Assembly: GCA_000438295.1 (NCBI GenBank)
Contig: FR901073.1
Coordinates: 26,576 to 77,132 of the forward strand
Length of the DNA stretch: 50,557 nucleotides
From: Clostridium sp. CAG:451
GTDB lineage: Bacteria > Bacillota_I > Bacilli_A > RF39 > UBA660
Direction: 5' to 3'
Shown here piece by piece: positions 1 through 10,578 of this stretch. Made by a program: the position numbers and the translations under genes. Under the pieces are notes generated by a model, which searched no databases, was not told the origin of the DNA, and saw only the letters and a program-made list of their open reading frames with translations. The number at the start of each line of letters is the position of its first letter. The stretch's first letter is position 1.

Positions 1-1
1 C

Positions 2-487
2 CTTAGTATTTATTTACCATTTCAGGATGGAAAAGAAGAAAAAATACCTGTTAAGTTATATATCTTATTTATAGCTATGATAGTTTTAACTATCTCTATG
101 AACACTTATAATGGTAGTTATATCTTAAAAAATACTAATCAAAAGTATATTAATTATCTTGATAAAAATGCTAATAAACAGATAAAGCTATATGCTGGTT
201 ATAATGATGGATCTTATTTTGAATTTAGTGGTTATCATCCCTATATAGATGGAAGAGCAGAAATATTTTTAAAGAGTAATAATAAAAAAGAAGATATATT
301 AGATGAATATTTTAGTGTTTATTATGGAAAAACTGATATAGCTAAATTCTTAGAAAAATATGATTTTGATTACTTAGTAGTTGGAAAAGATAGTTATTTC
401 TTGTATAATTATCTGAAGACTGATAAAAATTACCAAGTGGTAGTTAAGTCTAAAAATAAAAAAATGTATAAAAGAATTAGGAAGTGA
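2..487 (+). CDS. C-terminal part of a hypothetical protein; the 5' end lies outside the window
   Basis: The frame of ORF 77..487 stays open back to base 2 (LSIYLPFQDGKEEKIPVKLYILFIA...), so the ATG at 77 is probably internal. No family recognised. Confidence 0.45.
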   Translation, partial: LSIYLPFQDGKEEKIPVKLYILFIAMIVLTISMNTYNGSYILKNTNQKYINYLDKNANKQIKLYAGYNDGSYFEFSGYHPYIDGRAEIFLKSNNKKEDILDEYFSVYYGKTDIAKFLEKYDFDYLVVGKDSYFLYNYLKTDKNYQVVVKSKNKKMYKRIRK

Positions 488-492
488 TAGAT

Positions 493-981
493 ATGTATAG
501 AAAAGATTATATCTCATGGGATAGTTATTTTATGAGTATTGCTAAATTATCAGCTTTAAGAAGTAAAGATCCATCAACACAGGTAGGTGCTTGTATTGTA
601 AGTAATGATAATAGAATTTTATCAATTGGTTATAACGGGGCACCTAATGGATTTCATGATAGTGATTTTCCTTGGGAAAGAGATGGAAAACCAGTAGATA
701 CTAAATATATGTATGTTTGTCATGCAGAATTAAATGCTATTTTAAATTTTCGGGGAAACAAAAGAGACTTAGAAGGTTCCAAACTTTATGCTTCACTTTT
801 TCCTTGTAATGAATGCGCTAAGTCAATAATTCAATCTGGTATAAAAGAAATTATTTATTTAGACAATAAATATAAAGATACTGATAGTTGTATAGCTTCT
901 AGAAGATTGTTTGATGAATGTGGAGTTACCTATAGAGAATTCAATCCAGATATTGATTCTATTACTATTGAGCTAAAGTAA
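493..981 (+). CDS. comEB: Deoxycytidylate (dCMP) deaminase, ComEB type
   Basis: Zinc-binding cytidine/dCMP deaminase motifs HAELNAI and PCNECAK. ATG at 493 lies 9 nt after AGGAAG; the GTG at 484 in the ORF track has no RBS. Confidence 0.85.
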   Translation: MYRKDYISWDSYFMSIAKLSALRSKDPSTQVGACIVSNDNRILSIGYNGAPNGFHDSDFPWERDGKPVDTKYMYVCHAELNAILNFRGNKRDLEGSKLYASLFPCNECAKSIIQSGIKEIIYLDNKYKDTDSCIASRRLFDECGVTYREFNPDIDSITIELK

Positions 982-1008
982 AGCATATAATTAAGGGGGA
1001 TTGATATT

Positions 1009-1746
1009 ATGTTAGAAAATACAAAGGTTGGTCAAAAAGTTAATTGTTCTGATTTCCTTTTTGAGAATAAAGATATAGTAGAAAATGATGATGTATATAA
1101 AAGAATAAATTGTAAGAGTTATCAAAAGAATGATGATATTTCTTTGAGTGATTTAACTTATATAAAAATGTTACATTATAATTATGATGATGATGTAGTA
1201 GTAGGGGAAATGATAGTTAATAAAGTTATTCTTGATGAAGTAAGAGAAGTATTTTCTTCATTATTTATGTTAAAATATCAGATTAATTCTATGCAGTTAA
1301 TAGATGACTTTTGGGTAGGGGAAGCTCTTGCTACTGATAGAAATAGTGTTTCTCATAATAATAGTAGTTGTTTTTGTTATAGAAGAATAACTAATCAAAC
1401 TAACTTGTCAAAGCATGCTTTAGGACTTGCTATTGATATCAATCCACTAGATAATCCTTATACTCCAAGAAATAAGAATGGTAGTTTTGATGATAGTTTA
1501 TTGACAGACTATGAAAAAGATTTGCTTATTGATAGAGAAGAAAAAGCTAAGCATAATCCCCATATAATTACTCTAGGTGACACAATCTGTAAGGTGTTTG
1601 CATCGGTTGGTTATGAGTGTGGTGGTATTTGGCCATTGCAGAGTGATGAATTTTCTTGCGACTGGCAACATTTTGAACCAAATGAAGCTAAGATGAAAGA
1701 AATTAATGAAAGAATAAATACTAGTAAGAAAGAAAAGAGAATTTAG
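1009..1746 (+). CDS. M15 family metallopeptidase (D-Ala-D-Ala peptidase-like)
   Basis: SKHALGLAIDINP and DWQHFE motifs typical of the M15/VanX-VanY-like zinc peptidase fold. RBS AAGGGGGA. Confidence 0.7.
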   Translation: MLENTKVGQKVNCSDFLFENKDIVENDDVYKRINCKSYQKNDDISLSDLTYIKMLHYNYDDDVVVGEMIVNKVILDEVREVFSSLFMLKYQINSMQLIDDFWVGEALATDRNSVSHNNSSCFCYRRITNQTNLSKHALGLAIDINPLDNPYTPRNKNGSFDDSLLTDYEKDLLIDREEKAKHNPHIITLGDTICKVFASVGYECGGIWPLQSDEFSCDWQHFEPNEAKMKEINERINTSKKEKRI

Positions 1747-1775
1747 TGATTTTCTTTTTCTTTTGCAAAAAAACA

Positions 1776-1804
1776 TTGACGAACGTATATTTGGTAATTA
1801 TAAT
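1776..1804 (+). promoter_or_regulatory. uvrB promoter (TTGACG-17 nt-TATAAT) with a partial Cheo/LexA-like box in the spacer
   Basis: TTGACG 1776-1781 and TATAAT 1799-1804. CGAACGTATATTTG at 1780-1793 matches CGAACRNRYGTTYC at 12 of 14 positions, with the left half-site perfect. Confidence 0.4.
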
Positions 1805-1885
1805 AGAGATAATTAAAAACAAGTGAAAAAAATTTGATTAATTGTTTATAATAAAAATATACGATATAAATGAGCGGAGGTAAAA

Positions 1886-3847
1886 ATGTTTGAATTAGTT
1901 AGTAAATATAAACCAAGTGGAGATCAACCAGAAGCAATTGAAAAGTTAGTTGATGGTATAGAAAAAGGCAAAAAAGAACAGGTATTATTAGGAGCAACTG
2001 GTACAGGTAAAACCTTTACTATGGCAAATGTTATTAAAAGAACTAATAAACCAACTTTGATACTTGCTCATAATAAGACTTTAGCTGGTCAATTATATGC
2101 TGAAATGAAGGAGTTATTTCCTAATAATCATGTTTGTTACTTTGTTTCATATTATGATTATTACCAACCGGAAGCATATGTTCCAAGTACTGATACTTAT
2201 ATAGAAAAAGATTCATCTATAAATGATGAAATAGATGAGTTAAGACATGAGGCAACATCTTCTCTTTTAACTTATCGAGATACAATAGTAGTAGCATCAG
2301 TATCATGTATATATGGTATTGGAGAAGTAGAAGAATATAAAAATAAAATGTTAACTCTTAGTGTAACTGATGAACTAGAAAGAGATAAGGTACTTGCTAA
2401 ACTTGTAGAGATGCAATTTGAAAGAAATGACTATGATTTTCATCGAGGAACTTTTAGAGTTAGAGGTGATATAGTAGAGATAATTCCTGTTAATCAAGAT
2501 AAAACTGGTTACCGAATCGAGTTTTTTGGTAACGAAATAGATAGAATCAGTGAAATAGATGTTTTAACAGGAGCTGTTATTACCAATAAAAAAACGATAA
2601 GTATATTTCCAGCTAGTCACTTTGTAGTTAGTGATGATAAATTGAAAGCAGCAGTTAAGAGAATAAAAAGTGAGCTTGCAGAACGATTAACCGAATTAAA
2701 AGCAGAAAATAAATTATTAGCTGCTGAAAGATTAGAACAAAGAACTAATTATGATATTGAAATGTTAGAAGAGACTGGTTTTTGTCATGGAATTGAAAAC
2801 TATTCTGCTCCTATGGCTGGTAGAAATAAAGGAGAAACACCAACTACTTTAATGGACTTCTTTCCAGATGATTATTTACTAATGGTAGATGAGTCGCATG
2901 TAACCCTACCACAAGTAAGAGGAATGTATAATGGAGATAGGGCTAGAAAAATGAATCTTGTTGATTATGGTTTTCGTTTGCCTAGTGCTTTAGATAATAG
3001 ACCATTAAAATATGAAGAGTTTGAAAAGAAAATTAATCAAGCTATTTATGTATCAGCTACACCAGGTGATTATGAACTTTCTAAGACAAACGGTGAGTAT
3101 GTAGAACAAATCATTAGACCTACTGGTTTACTAGATCCTACTATTGAAGTAAGAGGACAAGAAGGACAAATAGATAATTTAATAGAAGAAATAAGAATCC
3201 GTAAAGAAAAAAATGAAAGAGTATTAATTACTACCTTGACAATAAGAATGGCAGAAGAATTAACTAATTATTTAAAAGATGTTGATATAAAAGTAGCTTA
3301 TCTTCATACTGAGATTAAAACTTTAGAAAGATTACAAATTATTCATGACTTAAGAGTAGGTAAATATGATGTAGTAGTTGGTATTAACCTTTTAAGAGAA
3401 GGTATAGATATTCCTGAAGTATCACTAATAGCAATTCTAGATGCTGATAAAGAAGGATTCTTACGAAGTGAAAGAAGTTTGATTCAAACAATAGGTCGTT
3501 GTGCTAGAAATAAAGACGGACATGTTATCATGTATGCAGATAAGATAACTGATAGTATGCAAAAAGCTATAGATGAAACAGCAAGAAGAAGAACTATACA
3601 AGATAAATATAATAAAGACCATGGAATATTACCTAAAACAATAATTAAAGAGATTAGAGAAGTAGTAAGTAATATAGACAATAAGACAAGTAGCAAGAAA
3701 GTTAAGAGATTAACTAAGCAAGAAAAATTAAATGAAATAGAAAGAATTGAAACGGAAATGATGAAAGCTGCTAAAGAGTTGGATTTTGAAAGAGCAATGG
3801 AATTAAGAAATATTTTATTTGAGATGAAAGTAGATAGTCAAAAATAA
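1886..3847 (+). CDS. uvrB: Excinuclease ABC subunit B
   Basis: Walker [10 protein letters not shown], a helicase motif, and the C-terminal UVR domain ([12 protein letters not shown]). Typical length of 653 aa. Confidence 0.97.
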   Translation: MFELVSKYKPSGDQPEAIEKLVDGIEKGKKEQVLLGATGTGKTFTMANVIKRTNKPTLILAHNKTLAGQLYAEMKELFPNNHVCYFVSYYDYYQPEAYVPSTDTYIEKDSSINDEIDELRHEATSSLLTYRDTIVVASVSCIYGIGEVEEYKNKMLTLSVTDELERDKVLAKLVEMQFERNDYDFHRGTFRVRGDIVEIIPVNQDKTGYRIEFFGNEIDRISEIDVLTGAVITNKKTISIFPASHFVVSDDKLKAAVKRIKSELAERLTELKAENKLLAAERLEQRTNYDIEMLEETGFCHGIENYSAPMAGRNKGETPTTLMDFFPDDYLLMVDESHVTLPQVRGMYNGDRARKMNLVDYGFRLPSALDNRPLKYEEFEKKINQAIYVSATPGDYELSKTNGEYVEQIIRPTGLLDPTIEVRGQEGQIDNLIEEIRIRKEKNERVLITTLTIRMAEELTNYLKDVDIKVAYLHTEIKTLERLQIIHDLRVGKYDVVVGINLLREGIDIPEVSLIAILDADKEGFLRSERSLIQTIGRCARNKDGHVIMYADKITDSMQKAIDETARRRTIQDKYNKDHGILPKTIIKEIREVVSNIDNKTSSKKVKRLTKQEKLNEIERIETEMMKAAKELDFERAMELRNILFEMKVDSQK

Positions 3848-3899
3848 TTATTAAAATTTATATTAGTGTGGTAAAATAAAGATATAGTGAGGTAATGAT

Positions 3900-5993
3900 A
3901 TGAAAGATAGAATATTAGAAATACTAAAAAAATCAGAAAAAAGCTTAACTGTTTTTGAATTAGAAGAACAACTAGGTACTAGTAATTTAGAAGAACTTTT
4001 ACATATCTTAAATGAAATGGAAGTAGAAACAAGTATATACCATACTAATAAAGATAAATATATGTTGTTTTCTGATAGTCATTTATTAAAAGGATATTTA
4101 CATTCTAATAAAAAAGGATTTGGTTTTGTTGATGTAGATTCTTTAAGTGATGATGTATATGTAAGTGCTGATAATATGAATGGAGCACTTCATGGGGATT
4201 ATGTTATTGTAGAATTGACTTCTAAAAAAGACTTAGGTAGATTAGAAGGACGAATAATTAGAGTTTTAAAACATCAAACTAATACGTTTGTTGGTGAGAT
4301 TAACTTCTTTAATAATATAGGAAAAGTGAAATTAGATGAAGATAAAGTTAACTTAGAAATAATCGTTAAAAAAGAAAACTCTTTAAATGCTGTTGATGGA
4401 CATAAAGTAGTTGTAGAAATTATCAAAAGAATTAGTAATCATCAAGCGGAAGGAAAAGTATTAAGAATAATAGGACATAAAAATGATCCAGGGGTTGATA
4501 TTTTATCAATTGTAGAAAAGTATCATATAAATAGTAGTTTTCCAGAAGATGTAGTAGAAGAGGTTAAGACCTTACCTATGGAAGTAAGAGAAGAAGATTT
4601 AAAAGGAAGAAGAGATTTACGCGATAAAGTAATATTTACTATTGATGGTGATGACACTAGAGATATCGATGATGCTATTAGTATTGATAAAAAAGAAAAT
4701 GGTAATTATGTTTTAGGAGTTCATATCGCTGATGTTTCTTATTACGTTAAAGAAGGTAGCCCACTAGATAAAGAAGCCATGGATAGAGGAACTTCTGTTT
4801 ACCTTGTTGATAGAGTAATTCCTATGCTTCCTCATGAATTATCTAATGGTATTTGTTCACTAAATCCTAATGTTGATCGTTTAGCTATAAGCTGTGTAAT
4901 GGAATATACTAATGAAGGTAAATTAGTTGATTATGATATCTTTGAAAGTGTTATTAAATCTAGAAAACAAATGACTTACAAGAAAGTTAATAGTATTTTA
5001 GAAAAGAATATTGTTCCAGAAGGTTATGAAGAATTTGCTGATGATTTAAGAGAAATGGAAGAGCTAGCAACAATTTTAAGAAAAGCTAAAACTAAAAGAG
5101 GTTATATAGACTTTGATGTGGATGAACCTAAAATATTAGTAGATGAAAATTGTAAACCAACTGATATAGTTCTAAGAGAAAGAGGTTTAGGAGAAAACTT
5201 AATTGAAGACTTTATGATAGCAGCTAATGAATGTGTAGCAACTCATATTTTCTATATGAATTTACCATTTATTTATCGTGTACATGAATATCCTAAGCAG
5301 GAAAGAATTCAAAACTTTTTAGCATTTGTTAGTAATTTAGGTTATCACGTAACTGGAAATATTAAGGATAATAAACCTACAACTGTTCAACATATTTTAA
5401 ATTGTTTGAAAGATAAAAAAGAGTTTCCTATACTATCAAGTCTATTATTAAGAAGTATGCAAAAAGCTGTATACTTACCACAAAACTTAGGACATTATGG
5501 TCTGGCAAGTCCATGTTATACGCACTTTACATCGCCTATTAGAAGATATCCTGATACAACAGTTCATAGACTATTAAGAACTTATTTATTTAATCATGAT
5601 ATGTCTCCTCAAACTCTTCATCATTGGGAGGAAAAACTAATCTTTGTAGCAGATCACTCTTCTGCTATGGAAAGAGCTTCTATTGATTGTGAAAGAGAAG
5701 TAGAAGATATGAAAATGGCAGAATATATGGAAGAACATATTGGTGAAGAATATATAGGTATGATATCTTCTGTTATGAGTTTTGGGATGTTTGTTCAACT
5801 AGATAACTTAGTTGAAGGATTAGTACCACTTCGTTTATTAGATGACTATTTTATCTATGATGAAGAAAGAATGACTCTAACTGGTGAAAAATCAAATATA
5901 AGATATACTATTGGTGACAGAGTAAAAATTAAAGTAGTAGCTGCTAATAAACAAGCTAAAACAATTGACTTTAAAATTATTAAAAAAATGTAG
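3900..5993 (+). CDS. rnr: Ribonuclease R
   Basis: RNB catalytic core (TIDGDDTRDIDDAIS, HFTSPIRRYPD) and a C-terminal S1 domain. Conserved neighbourhood with smpB. Confidence 0.93.
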   Translation: MKDRILEILKKSEKSLTVFELEEQLGTSNLEELLHILNEMEVETSIYHTNKDKYMLFSDSHLLKGYLHSNKKGFGFVDVDSLSDDVYVSADNMNGALHGDYVIVELTSKKDLGRLEGRIIRVLKHQTNTFVGEINFFNNIGKVKLDEDKVNLEIIVKKENSLNAVDGHKVVVEIIKRISNHQAEGKVLRIIGHKNDPGVDILSIVEKYHINSSFPEDVVEEVKTLPMEVREEDLKGRRDLRDKVIFTIDGDDTRDIDDAISIDKKENGNYVLGVHIADVSYYVKEGSPLDKEAMDRGTSVYLVDRVIPMLPHELSNGICSLNPNVDRLAISCVMEYTNEGKLVDYDIFESVIKSRKQMTYKKVNSILEKNIVPEGYEEFADDLREMEELATILRKAKTKRGYIDFDVDEPKILVDENCKPTDIVLRERGLGENLIEDFMIAANECVATHIFYMNLPFIYRVHEYPKQERIQNFLAFVSNLGYHVTGNIKDNKPTTVQHILNCLKDKKEFPILSSLLLRSMQKAVYLPQNLGHYGLASPCYTHFTSPIRRYPDTTVHRLLRTYLFNHDMSPQTLHHWEEKLIFVADHSSAMERASIDCEREVEDMKMAEYMEEHIGEEYIGMISSVMSFGMFVQLDNLVEGLVPLRLLDDYFIYDEERMTLTGEKSNIRYTIGDRVKIKVVAANKQAKTIDFKIIKKM

Positions 5994-6002
5994 GTGATTA
6001 CA

Positions 6003-7175
6003 ATGCGTAGTAAGAAGAAAAAGAAAAGATGTAATTTAACTATTTTTGGAAAAGTAATAGTCATATTTTTCTTCCTTCTTACGACCTTTTTCGTTTTTAA
6101 AAGTATCCCTAAACAAGAAATAAAAGAGAATAAGAGTATCAAAAAAGTTTTAAAAAAAGAAACTAAAAAGGAAATGAAAGCTTCCTTGCTTATGGTAGGA
6201 GATGCCCTTATTCATAGTACTCTATATCAAGATGCTAAGACTAATGATGGTTATGACTTTAAACCAATGCTAGAAAGAATAAAACCAATAGCTAGTAAAT
6301 ATGATTTAGAGTACTATAATCAAGAGACTATACTAGGTGGTGAAGAATTAGGACTTTCTAACTATCCAAGATTTAATTCACCTTATGAAGTAGGAGATGC
6401 CTTTATAGATGCCGGATTTAATCTTGTTTCCCTTGCTACTAATCATACTATGGATAAAGGAGAGCAAGGAGTTTTAAATTCTCTAGCATATTGGAATAAA
6501 CAGAAAAATATTTTAACTGCTGGTAGCTATAGTTCATTTGAAGATAGAGATAAAAAGATAATTAAAGAAATAAATGGAATAAAGTATGCTTTTTTCTCTT
6601 ACACAACTTGGACAAATGGTTTATCTACGCCAACTGGTAAAGAATATTTAAATAATGTTTATAATGAAGAATTAGTTAAAGCTGATATAGAAAGAGTAAA
6701 GGAAGAAGCAGATGTTATAATAGTAGCCATGCATTGGGGAACAGAATACTCAACCGGAATAAGTGATACTCAAGTAGAAATAGCTAATTATTTAGCAAAT
6801 CTTGGGGTTGATATCATTATAGGAAGTCATCCGCATGTAGTAGAACCGATTGAGTTTATTGGAAAGACTATGGTAATATATTCATTAGGAAACTTTATCT
6901 CTGATCAAGTTGGAGTTGAATGTTTAACTGGTCTAATGGTAAGTGTAGATATTAAAAAAACTGTGGAAAAAGATAATACCACTATAAGTTTAGAGAATCA
7001 GGCAGCAGAATTAATATATACTTACTCTAATAGTTATCCACAGAAAAGAGATTTTAAAGTATATCCTTATAGTGAACTAAATGATAACTTGTTACCGGGA
7101 TATAGAGACTACTATAATAAATATAAAGATATAGTTTTATCAAAAACAGATGTAGTTAAAATGAAAGATATATAG
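6003..7175 (+). CDS. CapA-family (PGA_cap) metallophosphatase-like protein, membrane anchored
   Basis: N-terminal basic and TM segment, then MVGDALIH...NHTMD...HWGTEY...GSHPHV motifs of the CapA family. ATG at 6003 lies 6 nt after AGGTG. Confidence 0.72.
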   Translation: MRSKKKKKRCNLTIFGKVIVIFFFLLTTFFVFKSIPKQEIKENKSIKKVLKKETKKEMKASLLMVGDALIHSTLYQDAKTNDGYDFKPMLERIKPIASKYDLEYYNQETILGGEELGLSNYPRFNSPYEVGDAFIDAGFNLVSLATNHTMDKGEQGVLNSLAYWNKQKNILTAGSYSSFEDRDKKIIKEINGIKYAFFSYTTWTNGLSTPTGKEYLNNVYNEELVKADIERVKEEADVIIVAMHWGTEYSTGISDTQVEIANYLANLGVDIIIGSHPHVVEPIEFIGKTMVIYSLGNFISDQVGVECLTGLMVSVDIKKTVEKDNTTISLENQAAELIYTYSNSYPQKRDFKVYPYSELNDNLLPGYRDYYNKYKDIVLSKTDVVKMKDI

Positions 7176-7184
7176 GGAGGCATT

Positions 7185-7622
7185 ATGGAAATACTAAATA
7201 GAAAAGCAAAACACGATTACTTTATAGATGAAGCTTTAGAATGTGGAATAGTACTAAAAGGCACAGAAATTAAATCTATCAGAAAAGGTAGTGCTAATTT
7301 AAAAGATTGTTATGCTAGAATTAAAGATGGAGAAGTATTCTTAGTTAACATGTATATTGCACCTTATGAAGAAGGAAATCTATTCAATCATGAAGAAACA
7401 AGAAGTAGAAAGCTTCTCTTACATAAAAAACAAATAAAGAAATTAGCCGTTAAAGTAGAACAGGAAGGTTATACCTTAATACCTCTAAAAGTATACTTTG
7501 TAAGAGGAAGAGCAAAGGTTGAATTGGGAGTTTGCCGTGGAAAGAAAAACTATGATAAGAGAGAAACAATAAAAGAAAGAGATATTAACAGGGATATAGC
7601 TAAACAAATAAAGTATCACTAA
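7185..7622 (+). CDS. smpB: SsrA-binding protein
   Basis: [10 protein letters not shown]...GTEIKSIR...[10 protein letters not shown] conserved SmpB sequence. Located directly upstream of the tmRNA. Confidence 0.95.
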   Translation: MEILNRKAKHDYFIDEALECGIVLKGTEIKSIRKGSANLKDCYARIKDGEVFLVNMYIAPYEEGNLFNHEETRSRKLLLHKKQIKKLAVKVEQEGYTLIPLKVYFVRGRAKVELGVCRGKKNYDKRETIKERDINRDIAKQIKYH

Positions 7623-7651
7623 TAGACAATTAGAGTCTAGTGTGTTATAAT
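7623..7651 (+). promoter_or_regulatory. ssrA promoter (TAGACA-17 nt-TGtTATAAT)
   Basis: TAGACA 7623-7628, extended -10 TGtTATAAT ending at 7651. About 10 nt upstream of the tmRNA 5' GGGG. Confidence 0.5.
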
Positions 7652-7661
7652 ATAGCTACTT

Positions 7662-8039
7662 GGGGATGTCTTGGTTTCGACAGGAATAGTAGAGCATAGA
7701 TAGCAAGTCGAATTATCTACGTCACAGATTAAACCAGAATAACTGGAAACAAAATTAAAAATGTACTTGCAAGACTTAGTGGTGACACTGAGTTTGCATT
7801 TGCCTAAGAATAGGCTTGTACGCTGTCTTTCTTAATTTCTTACGTTAAGAATGTACGGTTCAATTTAGTAAGATATAATTATTTATTGTCTTAGTAAATA
7901 ATTGAATATTATAAGACTAGAATTATAGTTTGGTTGATTATTTCTTTACTATAATTCGAATTTAATAAATAATCTAAACTTGTAGAAGTTTATGTAGCTC
8001 TATTTTTGGACAGGGGTTCGATACCCCTCATCTCCACCA
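7662..8039 (+). ncRNA. ssrA: tmRNA (SsrA)
   Basis: tRNA-like ends: 5' GGGGATGTCTTGGTTTCGACAGG and 3' GGACAGGGGTTCGATACCCCTCATCTCCACCA. Tag reading frame follows ATAACT: GGA..GCC TAA (7745-7807). Confidence 0.93.
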
Positions 8040-8052
8040 TAATGTAAGTAAA

Positions 8053-8077
8053 CGTACACCTTAAGATGTACGATTTT
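8053..8077 (+). terminator. Putative intrinsic terminator after ssrA
   Basis: CGTACA (8053-8058) pairs with TGTACG (8067-8072), followed by ATTTT. Confidence 0.45.
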
Positions 8078-8098
8078 ATATAATTGAAAGAGGATAAA

Positions 8099-8764
8099 AT
8101 GAATCAAGGGAAAATAATAGTTATCGAAGGAGCATGTGATGGTATAGGTAAAACTACTCAATATGAGTTGTTACATAATAGACTTATTCAAGAGGGATAT
8201 AATGTTACAACACATCACTTTCCAAGTTATAATACTTATCAAGGAAAACCAGTAGAAGAATATTTAAGTGGTAAATATGGAAAACCTAGTGATTTATCAC
8301 CATACTTTGTGAGTAACTTATATGCTAATGATAGAGCAGTTACATGGCATACAGTTTTAGAAAAAGCATTTAATCATGGAGATATCCTATTATTTGATAG
8401 ATATACTACTTCTAATTTAATTTATCAGTCTGCACTTATTGATGATATAGAAGAAAAAAAGAAATTTATCGATTATATAAGTGATCTTGAATATAACAAA
8501 TTAGGTATTAGAAAACCAGATAAAGTTATTTTTTTAACTGCACCTTTTGATATAGTTACAAATCTTAGAAAACAAAGACCAGATAATGAAGGTATAATAA
8601 ATGATGTCTATGAAAGAGACTTAGAGTTTATGAAGAAAATTTATGATAACGCCTTATTTGTAGCAGATTATCTTTCATGGGAAAAAGTAGAGTGTAGTGA
8701 TAATGGTAAAATGAAGGATATAAATACTATTCATGAAAAAATATATAACTTAGTCAAAAATTAG
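8099..8764 (+). CDS. tmk: Thymidylate (dTMP) kinase family protein
   Basis: P-loop IVIEGACDGIGKTT and a DRY motif (FDRYTTSN). ATG at 8099 is preceded by AAGAGGA. Confidence 0.78.
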   Translation: MNQGKIIVIEGACDGIGKTTQYELLHNRLIQEGYNVTTHHFPSYNTYQGKPVEEYLSGKYGKPSDLSPYFVSNLYANDRAVTWHTVLEKAFNHGDILLFDRYTTSNLIYQSALIDDIEEKKKFIDYISDLEYNKLGIRKPDKVIFLTAPFDIVTNLRKQRPDNEGIINDVYERDLEFMKKIYDNALFVADYLSWEKVECSDNGKMKDINTIHEKIYNLVKN

Positions 8765-8848
8765 TCTATTATAGATTAATTTTTTTTATGCCTTTCTTTC
8801 GACAAATCTTATGTTAGTAAACTGCTATATTGGAAAAAAGGAGGGAAG

Positions 8849-9520
8849 ATGAGAAAAAAGATAGCAGTTGTCAGTATAATAATATGTCTTTTAATAATTA
8901 TGATTCCTAGTAAGGAAGAAAAACAGATAGTAGATAATAAGCAACAAGAGATAAAAAGTGAAGAAATAACAACAACTCCAGTAGTAAATCAAGAAAATAA
9001 AGATCAAAAGTTCACTCTATCAATTAATAACTTAATAACAAAAGAACCAGTAATGCAAACTACTGATAATGAGTTCTATATGAATCATAATAATAAAAAA
9101 GAGGAGTTTATTGGTGGAAGTCTCTTTGTTGATTATCGAGTTAATCTAAATAGTACTAGAAAAATAATTATTTATGGACATAGTTCTTCTACAGTAGATA
9201 TACCATTTACTAAACTGTTGGGGTATAAAAAGCAAGACTTTTTTTTAAAACATCAAGATATAGAACTTAACTACAAAGACAAGAAAGAAATATATCAAGT
9301 GTTTACTGTTATGCTATTAAAAGAAGATTATTTTTATACTAGATTAGAGTTTACTGATGAAACATTTATAAAGCACTTAGAGGAACTTAAGGAAAAATCT
9401 ATATATGATACAGGTATAAATATAGATAAAACTAATAAACTATTAATACTACAGACTTGTTCCCAAGATGAAGATGGACTTTATCTGGTAATAGGGGCAA
9501 AATTAAAGGAGAAATTATGA
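8849..9520 (+). CDS. srtB: Class B-like sortase
   Basis: N-terminal TM anchor, catalytic His context IIIYGHS, and catalytic Cys in LILQTCS (TLxTC-type motif). Confidence 0.78.
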   Translation: MRKKIAVVSIIICLLIIMIPSKEEKQIVDNKQQEIKSEEITTTPVVNQENKDQKFTLSINNLITKEPVMQTTDNEFYMNHNNKKEEFIGGSLFVDYRVNLNSTRKIIIYGHSSSTVDIPFTKLLGYKKQDFFLKHQDIELNYKDKKEIYQVFTVMLLKEDYFYTRLEFTDETFIKHLEELKEKSIYDTGINIDKTNKLLILQTCSQDEDGLYLVIGAKLKEKL

Positions 9521-10578
9521 AAAGAAAATTATTTTTAATTATGGTAATAGCACTTCTATTACTAATAAGTAGTATACCAGTGTCTGCTAAAAACTTAAGC
9601 AAATATCAAACAGTAAAGATAAAAGAAAAAACTTTATCCACAGGTATTGTGGAAAAAATAGATGTGAATATAACTAAGAGAGTAATAGATAGTGTTACAG
9701 CAACCTATACAATTCCTGAAAATTATAATGAAGATACCATTGATATAGTGCCAACTATTTTTAAAGCAATTAGCGAAAGTGATGGCTATGTACCAGGAGA
9801 TGGAATTAAAGTTAATATTCAAATAATTAATAAATCAAATAATAAATACTTATATAAAGATAAAAGCTTTATCTTATCTACAATGGATATTAGTAATTAT
9901 GAAGAAAGATTAGAAAACAGTAAAGGTTTTGATGGACAAGTAATAGCAGGAACTTTTGGACCTAATAGAACAGCAAATACAGCAATAAGAACATTATATG
10001 GAAAAAGTATAAAAAAAGATATGATGCTTGATGAAACTTTAGGGAAAAAACTAGAAGAAACGGGTTATAAAGGAATAGAAGAATTAAATAAATATTATTT
10101 AGATTTCTATAATAAAAAGTATAATTTAGAGTGTAAAAATCTAGAAGATTTACCAGCAAATGTAATAAGTGAAATATTTAATGGAAATAATTATCCTATT
10201 AAAGAAAGTAATTTAGAAATAGCAGAACTTGGTTATAACTATTGGTATAATGTCCTATTTAGTGTCTTATTTGGTGATGAAAAATATGATTATAAAACAA
10301 GTAACTTATCAGCAATCGGTAGTTATATGCGAAATAAAGAACTAGGTAATGACTACTTTACTAAAGATTTAGGAATAATTAATCCATTAAGTGAAAACAT
10401 TTTAACAACAATGAATTTTTATATAAATGGACCATATACAACAAACGCATATATGAATTATGAATTTGGAGCATATATGGAATTTCAACTAACAAAAGAA
10501 AAAACCAAAGAAATAGAAACTATTAATATAGATGAAAATAAAAACGATGAAATAGTTCCACCTAAAACAGGTGTATAG
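9517..10578 (+). CDS. Secreted protein with C-terminal PPKTG sortase-B-type motif (putative sortase substrate)
   Basis: Signal peptide MKRKLFLIMVIALLLLISSIPVSA. ATGA start/stop overlap with the sortase gene. The protein ends ...EIVPPKTGV-TAG. Confidence 0.6.
   Translation: MKRKLFLIMVIALLLLISSIPVSAKNLSKYQTVKIKEKTLSTGIVEKIDVNITKRVIDSVTATYTIPENYNEDTIDIVPTIFKAISESDGYVPGDGIKVNIQIINKSNNKYLYKDKSFILSTMDISNYEERLENSKGFDGQVIAGTFGPNRTANTAIRTLYGKSIKKDMMLDETLGKKLEETGYKGIEELNKYYLDFYNKKYNLECKNLEDLPANVISEIFNGNNYPIKESNLEIAELGYNYWYNVLFSVLFGDEKYDYKTSNLSAIGSYMRNKELGNDYFTKDLGIINPLSENILTTMNFYINGPYTTNAYMNYEFGAYMEFQLTKEKTKEIETINIDENKNDEIVPPKTGV

Noticed and set aside
1573-1776. 67-aa minus-strand ORF overlapping the end of the M15 peptidase gene and the uvrB promoter
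   Set aside because: It is a shadow ORF with no RBS, and it overlaps a promoter.
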